A DNA stretch of 64,000 nt from [Chlorobium] sp. 445 (GTDB lineage: Bacteria > Bacteroidota > Chlorobiia > Chlorobiales > Thermochlorobacteraceae): assembly GCA_002763895.1 (NCBI GenBank), contig NSLH01000007.1, positions 41,169 to 105,168 on the forward strand, given 5' to 3'. The translations under genes were made by a program, and so were the position numbers. Below the pieces are notes generated by a model. That model had not been told where the DNA came from. It ran no database searches and saw only the letters and a program-made list of their open reading frames with translations. Every line of letters starts with the position of its first letter. The stretch's first letter is position 1. Shown one piece after another: positions 10,182 to 20,958 of the stretch.

Positions 10182-11703
10182 TTATGGACGTCTCAGCGGA
10201 TAGGCGCGGTTTCTTGCCAGTACGCGGTTCATGTCGACACTGCAGGTTACGACACTTCCTGATACTGTAAAGGCATCCATATCATGTGTGCCCGGATTGA
10301 AGTTTGCAAACCCCGGGATGTAAGTTGGTACGATAGGCAAATCGAAGCCTGGACCTGTACCAATTGGATTTACATCGAGTTGTCTGCGCCAGAGTGGTAA
10401 GCGTATGCCCAGATCGCTAAGGCGTCGCCCTTCTAAGAAGAAAATCTCTTGACGCAGCAAAAAGAGGGTGCGGACCAGTTCTTCTTCATTGTCTTGTAGT
10501 GAGTCAATATCTGCAGGTCGCAGGCTTGTGAAGGAAGTCGGATAGACATTGACTGGACCGGGTCGTGTGCGAATCAGGCCTGGAATAGCTGGCGAGTTGG
10601 CATCTGCTCGGACGCTCAGTGTATTGGAGCGTGGACGGAATCCACCGACAGCTGGTACAGCTGGACGGGTATTTGTGCTATTGAAGCCAATAATAGAATC
10701 GGGGCGCAACGCTGCCGTAATTGCATTCTTCAGTCGTGTTTTAGCTTCAGCAAAGTTACCTTCTGCAATAGCTACTTCTGCTAAAATCAGGTGAGCTTCC
10801 TCTATTTTCAGCACTGGGATTGGAGCATCTATTGCAGTGTATTTTGGATCAAGAAAATCCAGTCGTGGCAGTGGTTGTAAATCACGTGTTACACGTGTGA
10901 TAAGAAATGGGATGACGCCGTTGGTAAAGTTCTGTGGGTCATAGAGGGCTCGATAGACATAGCCTGCACTGCCCGGTGTATTCAGTGCCGCATTAGCATA
11001 AAAATGCTGCACTATCGGCTCGCCCAAGTAAGCGATATGCACGTGCTATGGCAATACGTGGCGCAATTTGGTTAATCGCTAACCGTGGATCGCTACCGGG
11101 TGGCAATACAGAAGGTGAAGCCAAACCGGGGAGTGCGGCAAGAAAACTATTTATAGCTTCTCTCAGCACCTGACTTGATGTAAGCCCAGGTCCGCCTTCC
11201 ACAAGCGGAATGTTTGCGAAGTTTTCAGCCAAGACCAGCAGCGCCATACCTCTAAAAAATCGGGCTTGGGCAATAGCGTTTGCTTGCTGCGTCGGATTGA
11301 GTGTTCTATCCAGCGGAATTTGTGTAATGGCAAATTCTGCTTGAGCTCGAAGTGTTTGCGCGCTGGAGTAAGACGCCGGCAAGCTGATATCATCAGCATT
11401 GATGTTGCGCGGGTTATCTGCAATAGGGGAGAGAAAGGTTGAGATATTTACATAGTCGTCACTGACATAGGCATTGTAGAGCGTTACATTTGCAATCATT
11501 GCCGAGAATTGATTGCGCACGCCCTGCAGCACTTGGTTTGCGCTGCCTCCTGGGAAGGCACGAAGTGCTTCGTCCGTAATGGTTGGGTTAATCACCTCAG
11601 TGGGATTGGTCTGGCATGCGTTCAAAAGCATTAGGCTTGACGATGTCAGTGTAAGCACTGCCATCCATAGACGTGCTTTGAAGCTCTGTTTTGTTTTATT
11701 CAT
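10182..11703 (-). pseudogene. SusD/RagB-family lipoprotein, split by a frameshift near 10993-11042
   Basis: N-terminal ORF (10993-11820) has a lipoprotein signal MNKTKQSF…LMLLNAC and SusD-like TPR-helical content. C-terminal ORF (10182-11042) continues in another frame. Combined length is ~507 aa, as expected for SusD. Start taken at Met 11703. Confidence 0.6.
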
Positions 11704-11761
11704 ACTTTTGAAGGTTAAAATTTTTTGCAAATCGCTTTCCCAAAGTCGCTCCACTTTACAC

Positions 11762-14634
11762 TTAGAAGTTATACTCGAGTGTGAAGCGAATTTGTCGCGC
11801 CGCTGAAAGGTTTGCTCCACCTGTTGATCCCAAATCCAGTGCCCCTGCTGAGCGTGCCCAGTTGATTTCTGGGTCGACGCCTGCTGCAGCGGTTGAAATC
11901 ACCAGCGGATTACGAATTGCTGCGCTAAGGTTTGCGCCTCGGAATCCAAACGCATTGCGGTAGCGCACGGTTACATCACGCCATTTAATCCAGCGCGCAT
12001 CTTCGACAAAGAAGGCGCCATAGGCAGCAAAGTTCGCTGGATTTACTACAGAGTTCTGGCTAAATGACACATAGCCGGGGATCCGCGCCCGTGCGTCGGG
12101 GTAGCCATTGGCAATTCTAAGCACTTGTAGCGTATTGATCAGGGCATTACCGCCCGAGTATTCAAACAGCGCACTGACGGTAATGTCTCTTATGACAACC
12201 GCCTCCAGGGTAAGAGAGCCAAAGTAGGTTGGAATGGACTGTGCACCGTTGAACTGGTTTGGAATAAAGCGCCCACGATATGTCCCGTCAGCTTCTTGCG
12301 CTAAGCGATTAGCACGAATAGCACCAATCGGTCGTCCATTTGACACAAACAGACCTGAGAACGCAAAGCCACCGACACCAAATTCTGGAATGGGTCTACC
12401 GCCAACCGTACCGATATCCGTTACTTCATTTCTTACAAACGCCATATTCAGTCGCGCATTTAGCTCGAAGTCTGTAATTTTTATCACATTCCCAGACAGA
12501 GAGAGTTCCCACACACCATTGAACACCGAACCGACATTACGCTGTACCAGCCCAAATCCTGTTACAGGATCACTCGGTACGGCAAACAGTCCGTCTGTCG
12601 TTTGTGTGGCACTGTATGTTACCGAGAAGGAGATTCGGTCCTCAAGAAAACCGAGTTCTACACCGCCTTCGAGGGAGGTTACAAACTCAGGCTTGATGTC
12701 GGGATTTCCTGGGTTTGCTGGTGCGATCGCCGCTGAGCCTAAGAATGACGGAGCGCTAAACGTGCGGTCTCTGAGGAATGGGGCTGGGAAGTTACCTGTT
12801 TGACCGAGCGCGCCTCGCAGTTTGACAAACGAGACGTATTTTTCCATTCTGAGGGATAAAACTCAAAATCGGAGAGAATAGCAGCGATACCGCCACGTGC
12901 CAGTGGTATGAAAGACACATTTCGTCCAAACGCGGTACTGCCGTCAAAGCGCATTCCTCCATCAATGAAGATATGCTTTAAGAGTTCTGCGCGTACTTCA
13001 GCAAAAGCACCGGCTAAGAAAATCGAACCGACCCCTTCAGAGCCTGTAACAATACCTGCTTGGTTAAAGGTACGCGTGCCTGCTGCCAGGTTTTGACCTG
13101 AGCCAAATATCGAGCGGATATCTTGACGGAACGCTTCACCACCGAAGTTCAATGAAATGGTTGCGACTTCTAATTCCGGTAGCCGGATACTTCCTGCATA
13201 GTTAATGATAGGCTGCATAAACTCACGGTCAGCGCGCGTGATGCTGCCCAGCACGGCTGAGCCAAATGCAATGCTTGCTTCAATAGGTGTAAGGAACCGT
13301 GCTTCGCGCTTGTTGTAGTCAAAGCCTATCGTCACTCGATTCGTAAACCATTTGAATGGCACATAGTTGAGTGTCAGCGAGGTAATAATACGGTTGACAT
13401 TCTCATCGTATTCAGGCAACATCCAGAGTGCAAGTAGGCTATCTGGATTGTCTGTACCTGCTGGTGTGAATCGCCGTTCCCGGAATGCGACGCCCGTTTC
13501 CATTGCACCCAGTGGGGCAAAGATGTTATTGCCCTGATTGAGACGGCTAAAGCCATTGCGGATAAATGTTGTGGAGATTTCAGCATCTAACTTATCGTTG
13601 AAAATCGCACGCGCCCCAAAAGCGATGTTGTAGAGATCATCACGCGCTTGATTTCTGGTGATAAATCCATTTGTGCTGCGCGCCATTGCAGAAATGTTAT
13701 AGGTAAAAATGTCCCCACCGCCATTGAGGTTCAGTGTATAGTTCTGGAAAAAGCCAGTTTGGAAGAAGAGACGGCGCGTTACCTCTTCTTGAACAAATTT
13801 TGTTTCAGGATTGTCAGCACCCAGTGTTGCCACTACCCTCACGGTTGGCGTGCCCGGAACGCCTTTTTTCGTGAAAATTTGTGTAACACCGTTTGCCGCC
13901 TGTGTGCCATAAAGTGTTGCAGCAGAGCCCCCTAAGGCAACTTCCACACGTTCAATTTCTCCTGTTACCAACTGTGCCATAGAGGAACTGACTGTGCCGC
14001 CTGTACCAATCCCAAAGTTATCGCCTACATCAACGCGTACATTATCCACATAAAACACGGGCGTGGAATTATTGGCAGCACTTTTGACCCCACGAGATTG
14101 AATGCGCGAACCCGTGCCCGGCAGTCCTGAAGCCATGCCAACAGAGACACCAGCAATTTGCCCTTGCAACAACTGATCAATTGACTGCACCGTTATATTT
14201 TGAATCATTTGTGGGGTGATTGACTGAACTGGTGCAGAGAGCTTACGTTTTTCTGTTGCTGCTGCTAGACCTGTTACCACCACTTCTTCTGCACTCACCG
14301 CTGAAGGCACAAGTTCAAAATTTACTTCTACTGTCTTTCCCGCCTCCACAGTAACTTGCTTCGTTGCAGACTTATATCCAATATATTTTGCCACAACTGT
14401 GTATTCACCAGGCGGTACTCGACGCAGCACATATTCACCATTTACATTTGTTACCGCTCCAATCCTCGTATCTAAAATCGTTATCTGTGCACCGATTAAC
14501 TTCTGCGCATCGTTTGCATCTGTAACGACACCTCTAATTTCTCCTGTTTCTGTTTGTGCTTGTGCGCTCACAAGACCTACACAGAGCATTATCATGCCAA
14601 GCACAAACAAGCTTTTTGTAGTTTGTCTTCTCAT
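11762..14634 (-). pseudogene. SusC/RagA-family TonB-dependent outer-membrane transporter, split by a frameshift near 12739-12847
   Basis: N-terminal ORF (12739-14634) has a signal peptide, a CarboxypepD_reg-like domain (…GVVTDANDAQKLIGAQITILDT…), a TonB box/plug and the NNSTPVFYVDNVRV motif. C-terminal ORF (11762-12847) ends in the TBDR terminal aromatic …RFTLEYNF. Combined length is ~957 aa. Confidence 0.7.
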
Positions 14635-14936
14635 ACTTTTTTTAAGGTTTTAGTTGCTCAAAGCCTGAATTATCTCTGGAATTCAGCGTGTCCAGCCTTT
14701 GGATATCGGCAAGTTGAATGACATGAATCTGAAAATGTTCTTAACTGACCTTGGTTGTTTTATTCTTGCGTTGCGACAGAAAAATGTTTTTTTAATATAA
14801 AGTAAATCATTGATATTCTGCAATCACATGGGGTGGTAAATCACTCAACGAAAAACTTGCTATCGTTCTTGTCTTGACTGATTTAGTTATACTTTGTTGG
14901 GAGTTAGTTACTAACTTCTTTCAAACAGCAAAGTGA

Positions 14937-14972
14937 AAGAAAAAGCCAGTCTGAGTTAGACTGGCTTTTTTA
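14937..14972 (-). terminator. Rho-independent terminator (bidirectional-looking) downstream of the SusD gene
   Basis: Perfect 11-bp stem AAAAGCCAGTC / GACTGGCTTTT with a 7-nt loop, flanked by A run and T run (14937-14972). Confidence 0.7.
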
Positions 14973-14990
14973 ACATCAGGATTAGATGGC

Positions 14991-16556
14991 TTATGGCTGC
15001 GTTTGTCCACCAGTAAAGCGTGTACCTGTTGGTCCGAGCCAAGAGTTTGAGCCGTTTGCGGTGTTTGTTCCATCACCAGCTCCGCCACCATACGTGTAAA
15101 GGGCTTCTTGACGTGCTGCAAGTTCAACAGCAGGGACAGGGAAGTGCAAGATCGTCCCGCGCTGCAAAGCATCTCTACGACGCATGTCCTTAAAGTGGAT
15201 ACCAAAATCGGTCATCATCAGCTCAAGATCTCGCTCAACGAAAATCGCGTTGAGTACCTCTTCGCGTGTTGCATTTGTTGGCAGCGGCGCCAACCGACCT
15301 ACTGTTGTCCTACGACCTGCATTCAGCAGTTCAACAGCTGCTCCAATGTTTGGTGTAGCTTGCATGACAAGGGCTTCTGCACGCAAGAGTCGATTCGTTT
15401 CTGCATAGAGAAATACGCATGGTCCAATACCATCTGAGAGATATAGGTCATCGTATCGGCTGAAACGGTAATGGCTACGCAGTTGAGGACCTCTATCTAA
15501 GCGGAAGAACGCTAAGCTGCTTTCATATTTGAAGTATCCAGTTGCCTCTCGCGCACGTGCATCCCTTGTAGTATCTGCTCGTCCCAGTGTTCCTGTGGAG
15601 GGATAGCCTGTAGGATAGGTCGGATCCATATGACGAATCACGCGATGATCGGTACGCCAATACCAGGATAGTCCTGCGATTTCTACAAACCAATTTTGCC
15701 AGTTATTGCCATCAAGATTGATGACATAATCTTCCGTCATCCCCTGAGCCGTGAGTTCCAGCACGCGTGCCCAGTTTGTTTGTCTATTTTCTGCACTGTT
15801 GCGAGCATTTTGCACAAGGAAGTTCGCTGCATATGTTCTGGCCAGCCGAACTAGCTTTACATTGCTATAGGGTACTGGCGTATTGATGAAAGAGGCTGGC
15901 AGAGTAAACTGCACGCTGTCACAAATTTTTATGACACGATCAAAACTTCTCTGTGCCTCTGCCATAACTTCTCGGTAGTTTGAAAAATCCAGCCGTTGCC
16001 CTAGGTCTTGAGTTGGCGAGACGATGTAGGCTTTGTCGAAGGAGGTAGCAAGGTAGCCCAGAGCCATTGCACGTACAAACCATGCCCCAGCGAGTGTTGC
16101 AGCATTGACGGCTGGCGTTCCTGCACTTTTTCTTTCAACTTCAATTGCGCGAATCACATCATTCGCATTAGAGATGGCAGCATGCCAGCGTTGGAACGGA
16201 ATGCTTGTAATGTCTCCACTGCTATTTGCAAGCGTATTATCCCATGGTACGCGTGGCTCTACTTTAAAGAAATTCCAGAACCCTCGGAACGCATTAGTCA
16301 TTGTAACATAGTCTGCAGTCCATTCCATGTGGACATTGTGCTGGTAGCCTTGCCAAGGGTTATAGAGTGTTACGAACGCACCCGCCACAATACCTTGCAA
16401 ATCTTGAGGTGTTGCCAGCACTCTGCGTGTATCAGGGTTGTTCGGGTTATTGACGTTTAGGTCAGCGCAACTTGCCATCGTGAGCAAGGTTGCCGCAGCA
16501 AGGAGTGGAATAAAAAGTCTTTTCATTGTTCGTGAATTTATTTGATGAAATTTCAC
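14991..16556 (-). CDS. SusD/RagB-family outer-membrane lipoprotein (intact)
   Basis: 521 aa with a lipoprotein signal (…LLTMASCAD…) and TPR-like helical SusD architecture. Sits immediately downstream of a SusC gene. Likely start is Met at 16526. Confidence 0.75.
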   Translation of the reverse strand: MKFHQINSRTMKRLFIPLLAAATLLTMASCADLNVNNPNNPDTRRVLATPQDLQGIVAGAFVTLYNPWQGYQHNVHMEWTADYVTMTNAFRGFWNFFKVEPRVPWDNTLANSSGDITSIPFQRWHAAISNANDVIRAIEVERKSAGTPAVNAATLAGAWFVRAMALGYLATSFDKAYIVSPTQDLGQRLDFSNYREVMAEAQRSFDRVIKICDSVQFTLPASFINTPVPYSNVKLVRLARTYAANFLVQNARNSAENRQTNWARVLELTAQGMTEDYVINLDGNNWQNWFVEIAGLSWYWRTDHRVIRHMDPTYPTGYPSTGTLGRADTTRDARAREATGYFKYESSLAFFRLDRGPQLRSHYRFSRYDDLYLSDGIGPCVFLYAETNRLLRAEALVMQATPNIGAAVELLNAGRRTTVGRLAPLPTNATREEVLNAIFVERDLELMMTDFGIHFKDMRRRDALQRGTILHFPVPAVELAARQEALYTYGGGAGDGTNTANGSNSWLGPTGTRFTGGQTQP

Positions 16557-16620
16557 AGCTCAAAATTTAGCACTTTTTTAAGTCGTAGCGGGGCACGCAT
16601 TGCGCGCCCCAATCTTAGAC

Positions 16621-19600
16621 TTAGAACCGTGCCTGTAGTGCTAATGTAAATGTTCTGAACACAGGATAAGTGAATTGATCTACCCGGAAGCTTGTTGCAT
16701 TGCCTGCCAGCGCAACTTCAGGATTGTAGCCTGTGTAGCTAGTGAAAGTGAGCAGATTGCGTCCTACCAGCGACAAGCGGACATCACGAATGAAGTTAAT
16801 GCCAATCGTATTCAGAATATCTGCATCAAATGTGTAACTCAGGTTGATTTCACGCACTGTTAGGAAGGTACCAGACTCTACGAAGTGTTCTGTCGGGTTA
16901 TTGTTGTTGTAGAGACCAATACCGAGTCCGGGTGTTAGACCGCCAATGTAGTAGTTGACCACTTTCTTCTTATCATCTGGCTTTCCTGCTTGATCAAGGT
17001 CAGCGTGGCGCTCATTGAAGTAGAGCAATTGACGCGTTGCATTATAGATGTTACCACCTAGCTGTGTATCCAAAAGGAAGTAAAGTGACAGTTTTTTCCA
17101 TGAGAGCGTGCCTCCTACGGAAAGGATCAGGTCGGGGTTTGAGTCACCAATTTTTGTCACGAGTGGCGAGCCGTCCTCTGCTGCTAAAAGCCACACTCGT
17201 TCATTAATCGTACCTTCTACAGGACTACCTCCTACAGAGCGACGGATAACATAGCCGTCGGAGTTAATAGTAAAGTCTTCTCTTTTCAGAGTGCCTCTCG
17301 GCAAGCCTACCAGATTAGTCACGAAGCCATTTGCATCAACTTGTAATTCATCGAGCGAGCGGGCATGGCGGTTGCCATACATGATACCGAACGGCAGTCC
17401 AGCTTCAATGCGGAACATCGTTCCTGCTACACCACCACCGCTTGCCACACCGAAATTTCCATTTGTTGGGAACGGTGGTCGACCCAGTTGCGTCACTTCT
17501 TGAATGGTGCGACTTCCAACAATATTAAGATTGAATTTCCAATCTTCTTCTCTTAGGACTTCTGCACCAAGTGAAAACTCAATGGTGTTGGTACGCATCT
17601 GCCCTGCGTTTTGGAACTGCTGCGTAAAGCCTGCATAGGCTAGCAGTGGTACAATCAGCACCTGGTCATCAGCGGTTGCTGTCGCGTAGTTGAATTCAAA
17701 GTTGAAGCGGTTGAGGAAAAACAGGTTTGTTCCCACTTCAATTTCTGCTACGCGCGATGGACGCAGCCTGTTATTACCCAAAAGGTTTTTTACAGGCACA
17801 CCATTGACAATATTGAACGTCTCATATTGTGCGATGAATGGTGGACGCTGACCTGATGTACCGTATGATGCACGGATTTTCCACTCTTGAATGCCTGGGA
17901 GTTCCACATCTTCTGTGATTCGCCATGCACCTGAGAGACGGAAGAAAATCTGCGCGCGTTCTTCTGCTCCAAAGAGCGATGAGGCATCTCGGCGTATCAA
18001 CGCTTCAAAGATATACTTTTCTTTGTAGTCAATGATAGCATTTGCAAAGATATTCTCAGCGCGCACATCCGTGTTAAGCCCCGTATTTGAGAGCGTAGTG
18101 GTGGTAAGCGCCTGTGGTTGAGGCACTTCGCTTACTACAAACTGTGAGCCTGACACTTGTACGAAGTTTCCTGTATATCGCTCAAATTGGTAGCGCAGTG
18201 TCAGTGATGTATTGAAATCACCGAACGACTGTTTGAAGTAAGAGTTTGCGGTAAGCACAAGTCCATCATCGATGCTTTCATAGCGTGTGAGTCCGCCGTT
18301 TGTATAAGCACTCATATTGCTGTTGTAGGTATCACGGCGAGTTGTTTGCTGGAAGAATTCTTCGCTACGGTCATATGATCCTTGCGCTTCGACACGCCAC
18401 CAATCAAGGATTTGATAACTCAGTGATGCGTTGGTTAAAATGCGACTTCTTCTGAGGTCAAATGTCGTTGTAGCCAGTGAATAGAGCGGGTTTATTGCAT
18501 TGTTACCTGACACGGTTCTTCGCCCACCGGGTATCGGGACTTGCCCAGGGTATGCCCAGTAGGGAGAACCATCTGGATTTGCAGCATAAATATCAAAATC
18601 AGGCTCTAAGAGCAGCACACCATAGAATGGACCGCCTTGACCACGCTCAATCGCATCGGGTCCAACTGAGTTTGTATATCTTACTGAACCAGAGAGTTTG
18701 AAGTCCCCTATTTTATGATCTGCATTAAGATTGATGTTGTAGCGATCAAAGGCAGGGGTAAGTTCTAAGATACCTTGATTGAACAATCTCGCACCTGACG
18801 CAAAGAAGTTTGTGTTCTTGCCTGTTGCGCCAATTGCAAAATAGTTTTGATTAAAATTGCGGTTCTTGAAGAGTTCTTCTTGATGATTACGCACTTGTCC
18901 GGGGTAGGGGTTATCCATGAGTTGATCTTCCTCAAACACACGATTGGTAGTTGGACGCTGTTGGTTATCGAGAGCCTGCTGAAAATCCCCTGTGTTAGGG
19001 TCAATTTTCCAACGGTGGCTATTATTCAGTGGATAGAAGCGCTGTAAGTTCGTAAACCCCCACTCTGTTCGAGCTGTAAAGTCGGTCGCATTCGGATTAT
19101 CTGCACCGCGCTTGGTGATAATTTGAATCACACCGTTTGCTGCCTGTGAGCCATAGAGCGAGGCACCTGCCGCACCCTTGATGACCTCAATAGATTCTAC
19201 ACTGTTAATATCAATGTCAGCTAAGGTGGTGCCCGGTGGCGTGATAATCCCATCAATAATAATCAGGGGATTGGACTGACCTTGAATATTGGTAGATCCT
19301 CTGAGGCGTATGGTTGGTGCTGTACCCGGAATACCTGTTGGCTGCACAATCGTAACGCCAGAGACTTTGCCACGCAGTGCATTCGCCGGGTCGACAGCTG
19401 GCACTTCTTTGAGTGTTTGCTCATCGACCTTGCCGATAGCAAAGCCAAGTTTTTTTGCTGAAGTGCCTTCTGAAACGCCCGTTACCACAATCTCAGCTGC
19501 CAATTTCGCATCGATCTCGAGGCTCACATCCACTACTGTTCTCTCGCCAATGACCACTTCAATGGTACGGTAGCCAATGTAACTGAACACAAGTGTTGTG

Positions 19601-19800
19601 CCTTCAGGTGGCACTTGAATCGTATATTGACCATTGACGTTAGTTTTGACGCCAACGCGTGTCCCTTTTACTTGAACAGAGGCGCCAATCAGCGGACTGC
19701 CATCTTCCGCCGCTTTTACCGTTCCTGACACGGTCTTTTCTTGGGCATAAAGCCCACTTGCAAACAGCAACGTCGTGAAGAGAAGTATTGCTTTTTTCAT
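16621..19800 (-). CDS. SusC/RagA-family TonB-dependent transporter (intact, ~1059 aa from Met 19800)
   Basis: Signal peptide MKKAILLFTTLLFASGLYAQE. CarboxypepD_reg domain (VSGTVKAAEDGSPLIGASVQVKG…), plug domain, 22-strand barrel length, terminal …LALQARF. ORF-track start 19863 is probably upstream of the real Met. Confidence 0.8.
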   Translation of the reverse strand: MKKAILLFTTLLFASGLYAQEKTVSGTVKAAEDGSPLIGASVQVKGTRVGVKTNVNGQYTIQVPPEGTTLVFSYIGYRTIEVVIGERTVVDVSLEIDAKLAAEIVVTGVSEGTSAKKLGFAIGKVDEQTLKEVPAVDPANALRGKVSGVTIVQPTGIPGTAPTIRLRGSTNIQGQSNPLIIIDGIITPPGTTLADIDINSVESIEVIKGAAGASLYGSQAANGVIQIITKRGADNPNATDFTARTEWGFTNLQRFYPLNNSHRWKIDPNTGDFQQALDNQQRPTTNRVFEEDQLMDNPYPGQVRNHQEELFKNRNFNQNYFAIGATGKNTNFFASGARLFNQGILELTPAFDRYNINLNADHKIGDFKLSGSVRYTNSVGPDAIERGQGGPFYGVLLLEPDFDIYAANPDGSPYWAYPGQVPIPGGRRTVSGNNAINPLYSLATTTFDLRRSRILTNASLSYQILDWWRVEAQGSYDRSEEFFQQTTRRDTYNSNMSAYTNGGLTRYESIDDGLVLTANSYFKQSFGDFNTSLTLRYQFERYTGNFVQVSGSQFVVSEVPQPQALTTTTLSNTGLNTDVRAENIFANAIIDYKEKYIFEALIRRDASSLFGAEERAQIFFRLSGAWRITEDVELPGIQEWKIRASYGTSGQRPPFIAQYETFNIVNGVPVKNLLGNNRLRPSRVAEIEVGTNLFFLNRFNFEFNYATATADDQVLIVPLLAYAGFTQQFQNAGQMRTNTIEFSLGAEVLREEDWKFNLNIVGSRTIQEVTQLGRPPFPTNGNFGVASGGGVAGTMFRIEAGLPFGIMYGNRHARSLDELQVDANGFVTNLVGLPRGTLKREDFTINSDGYVIRRSVGGSPVEGTINERVWLLAAEDGSPLVTKIGDSNPDLILSVGGTLSWKKLSLYFLLDTQLGGNIYNATRQLLYFNERHADLDQAGKPDDKKKVVNYYIGGLTPGLGIGLYNNNNPTEHFVESGTFLTVREINLSYTFDADILNTIGINFIRDVRLSLVGRNLLTFTSYTGYNPEVALAGNATSFRVDQFTYPVFRTFTLALQARF

Positions 19801-20184
19801 TTCCAGTATGTTTTGTTGTTCTCTTGAAAATGCAGTGATAGAGAAAAATCGCGCAGAGTACACGGACGCTGCTCAAAAATGCTTGTGCGCTTGTGCTTTG
19901 GAAGCGCACTGATGCACACTGCATAAACTGGCAAGCGTCGCGGTTTAGGCTATCTCAGGAAAGTAGCTGATGTTACCACTCCTTTGTTGTGTCTTGTTTT
20001 GTTAAGAGTAAAAATGTCTTTCAGGCGATTTTTCTATATCGCGTGTTATTATAGCATAAACTACAGACAAATGCAACTTTCTTTGCCTGTCTGCGTTTAA
20101 CTAAGGTTATGTCTTACGGAAGCTGCGCTTGCTGATCTGCCGGTGCAAGCGGTTTTGCGTGTTGGAAAGTTCAATTAGATTCAA

Positions 20185-20958
20185 TTAGATGAGCGCAACA
20201 TTCCCTGCTTTTGTCCAGCCTTTCTCGCCATTTGGCAACCGAATTTCTACCCACTCGCTTACTTCTCGCACGATTTCTACTTTCAGCCCTTCGTGCACCG
20301 TTACAAGCGTCTTGCTATCATGATTTGGCTCACTCTTCAAGTTGAGCGTTGCTGCGATGACAATCGCCTCAGTGCGTGCTGTATCACGCGCAGATTTTGC
20401 GCTGAATATCAAGATGAAGAATACAGTTGCAACAAGCGTGACATAAAACCCGACTTTCAAAAGCACTTGATTGACAGCATACTTTTGAATTTGCATAATC
20501 ACAATGCCAATGAGGAGATAAAACGACAGCACTGTGCCTACTGCAGCAGCGCCCATTGAAAAAGTTTGCAGGAGAGATTCCACAAAAGCATCAAGGGAAA
20601 ATCGCGGGACGGGCTGAATTCTATCTTTCGTGCGCAGGCGTGCCAGTTCCAGATTGGTGCGCAGGTCTTCATCCTCGCCGATGAGTTTTGCCGCTTTCTC
20701 GTAATAAAGGATTGCGTAGCCAATGGCACCTAACCTGTAGTAGGTATTGCCCATGTTGTAGTACAGCGCACCGCTCTGATAGCCGAGCGAGTCAAGTTTT
20801 GCATAACATTCTAAGGCTTGAGCAAACTGTCCTTCTTGATAGAATTGATTGCCATCTTTGAACAGGCGCTCAGCGTCGATTTCAGTTGCCCACACGGCGA
20901 GCGGCAGCAGCCATAGAACGCTTGCGCATTTTACATGCTTGACTACACTTTGCATCAC
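20185..20958 (-). CDS. BatE-like protein (TPR + 2 TM + C-terminal SH3b-like domain)
   Basis: 257 aa with a signal peptide, TPR-like N-terminal half, two TM helices and a C-terminal …EWVEIRLPNGEKGWTKAGNVALI SH3b-like tail. Located directly after a BatD-like gene. Confidence 0.55.
   Translation of the reverse strand: MMQSVVKHVKCASVLWLLPLAVWATEIDAERLFKDGNQFYQEGQFAQALECYAKLDSLGYQSGALYYNMGNTYYRLGAIGYAILYYEKAAKLIGEDEDLRTNLELARLRTKDRIQPVPRFSLDAFVESLLQTFSMGAAAVGTVLSFYLLIGIVIMQIQKYAVNQVLLKVGFYVTLVATVFFILIFSAKSARDTARTEAIVIAATLNLKSEPNHDSKTLVTVHEGLKVEIVREVSEWVEIRLPNGEKGWTKAGNVALI

Noticed and set aside
10182-14634. Interpretation of the split SusC/SusD genes as a decayed or phase-variable PUL
   Set aside because: The same single-base, homopolymer-type breaks hit essential genes (glmS, nuoH) in this window. 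Sequencing indels are therefore the more parsimonious explanation. The alternative is kept as something to test under the corresponding finding.
20171-20191. Tandem direct repeat TTCAATTAGA x2 just downstream of the batE-like stop
   Set aside because: There are only two 10-bp copies with no further spacers or repeats. It is too short for CRISPR or a phase-variation tract.
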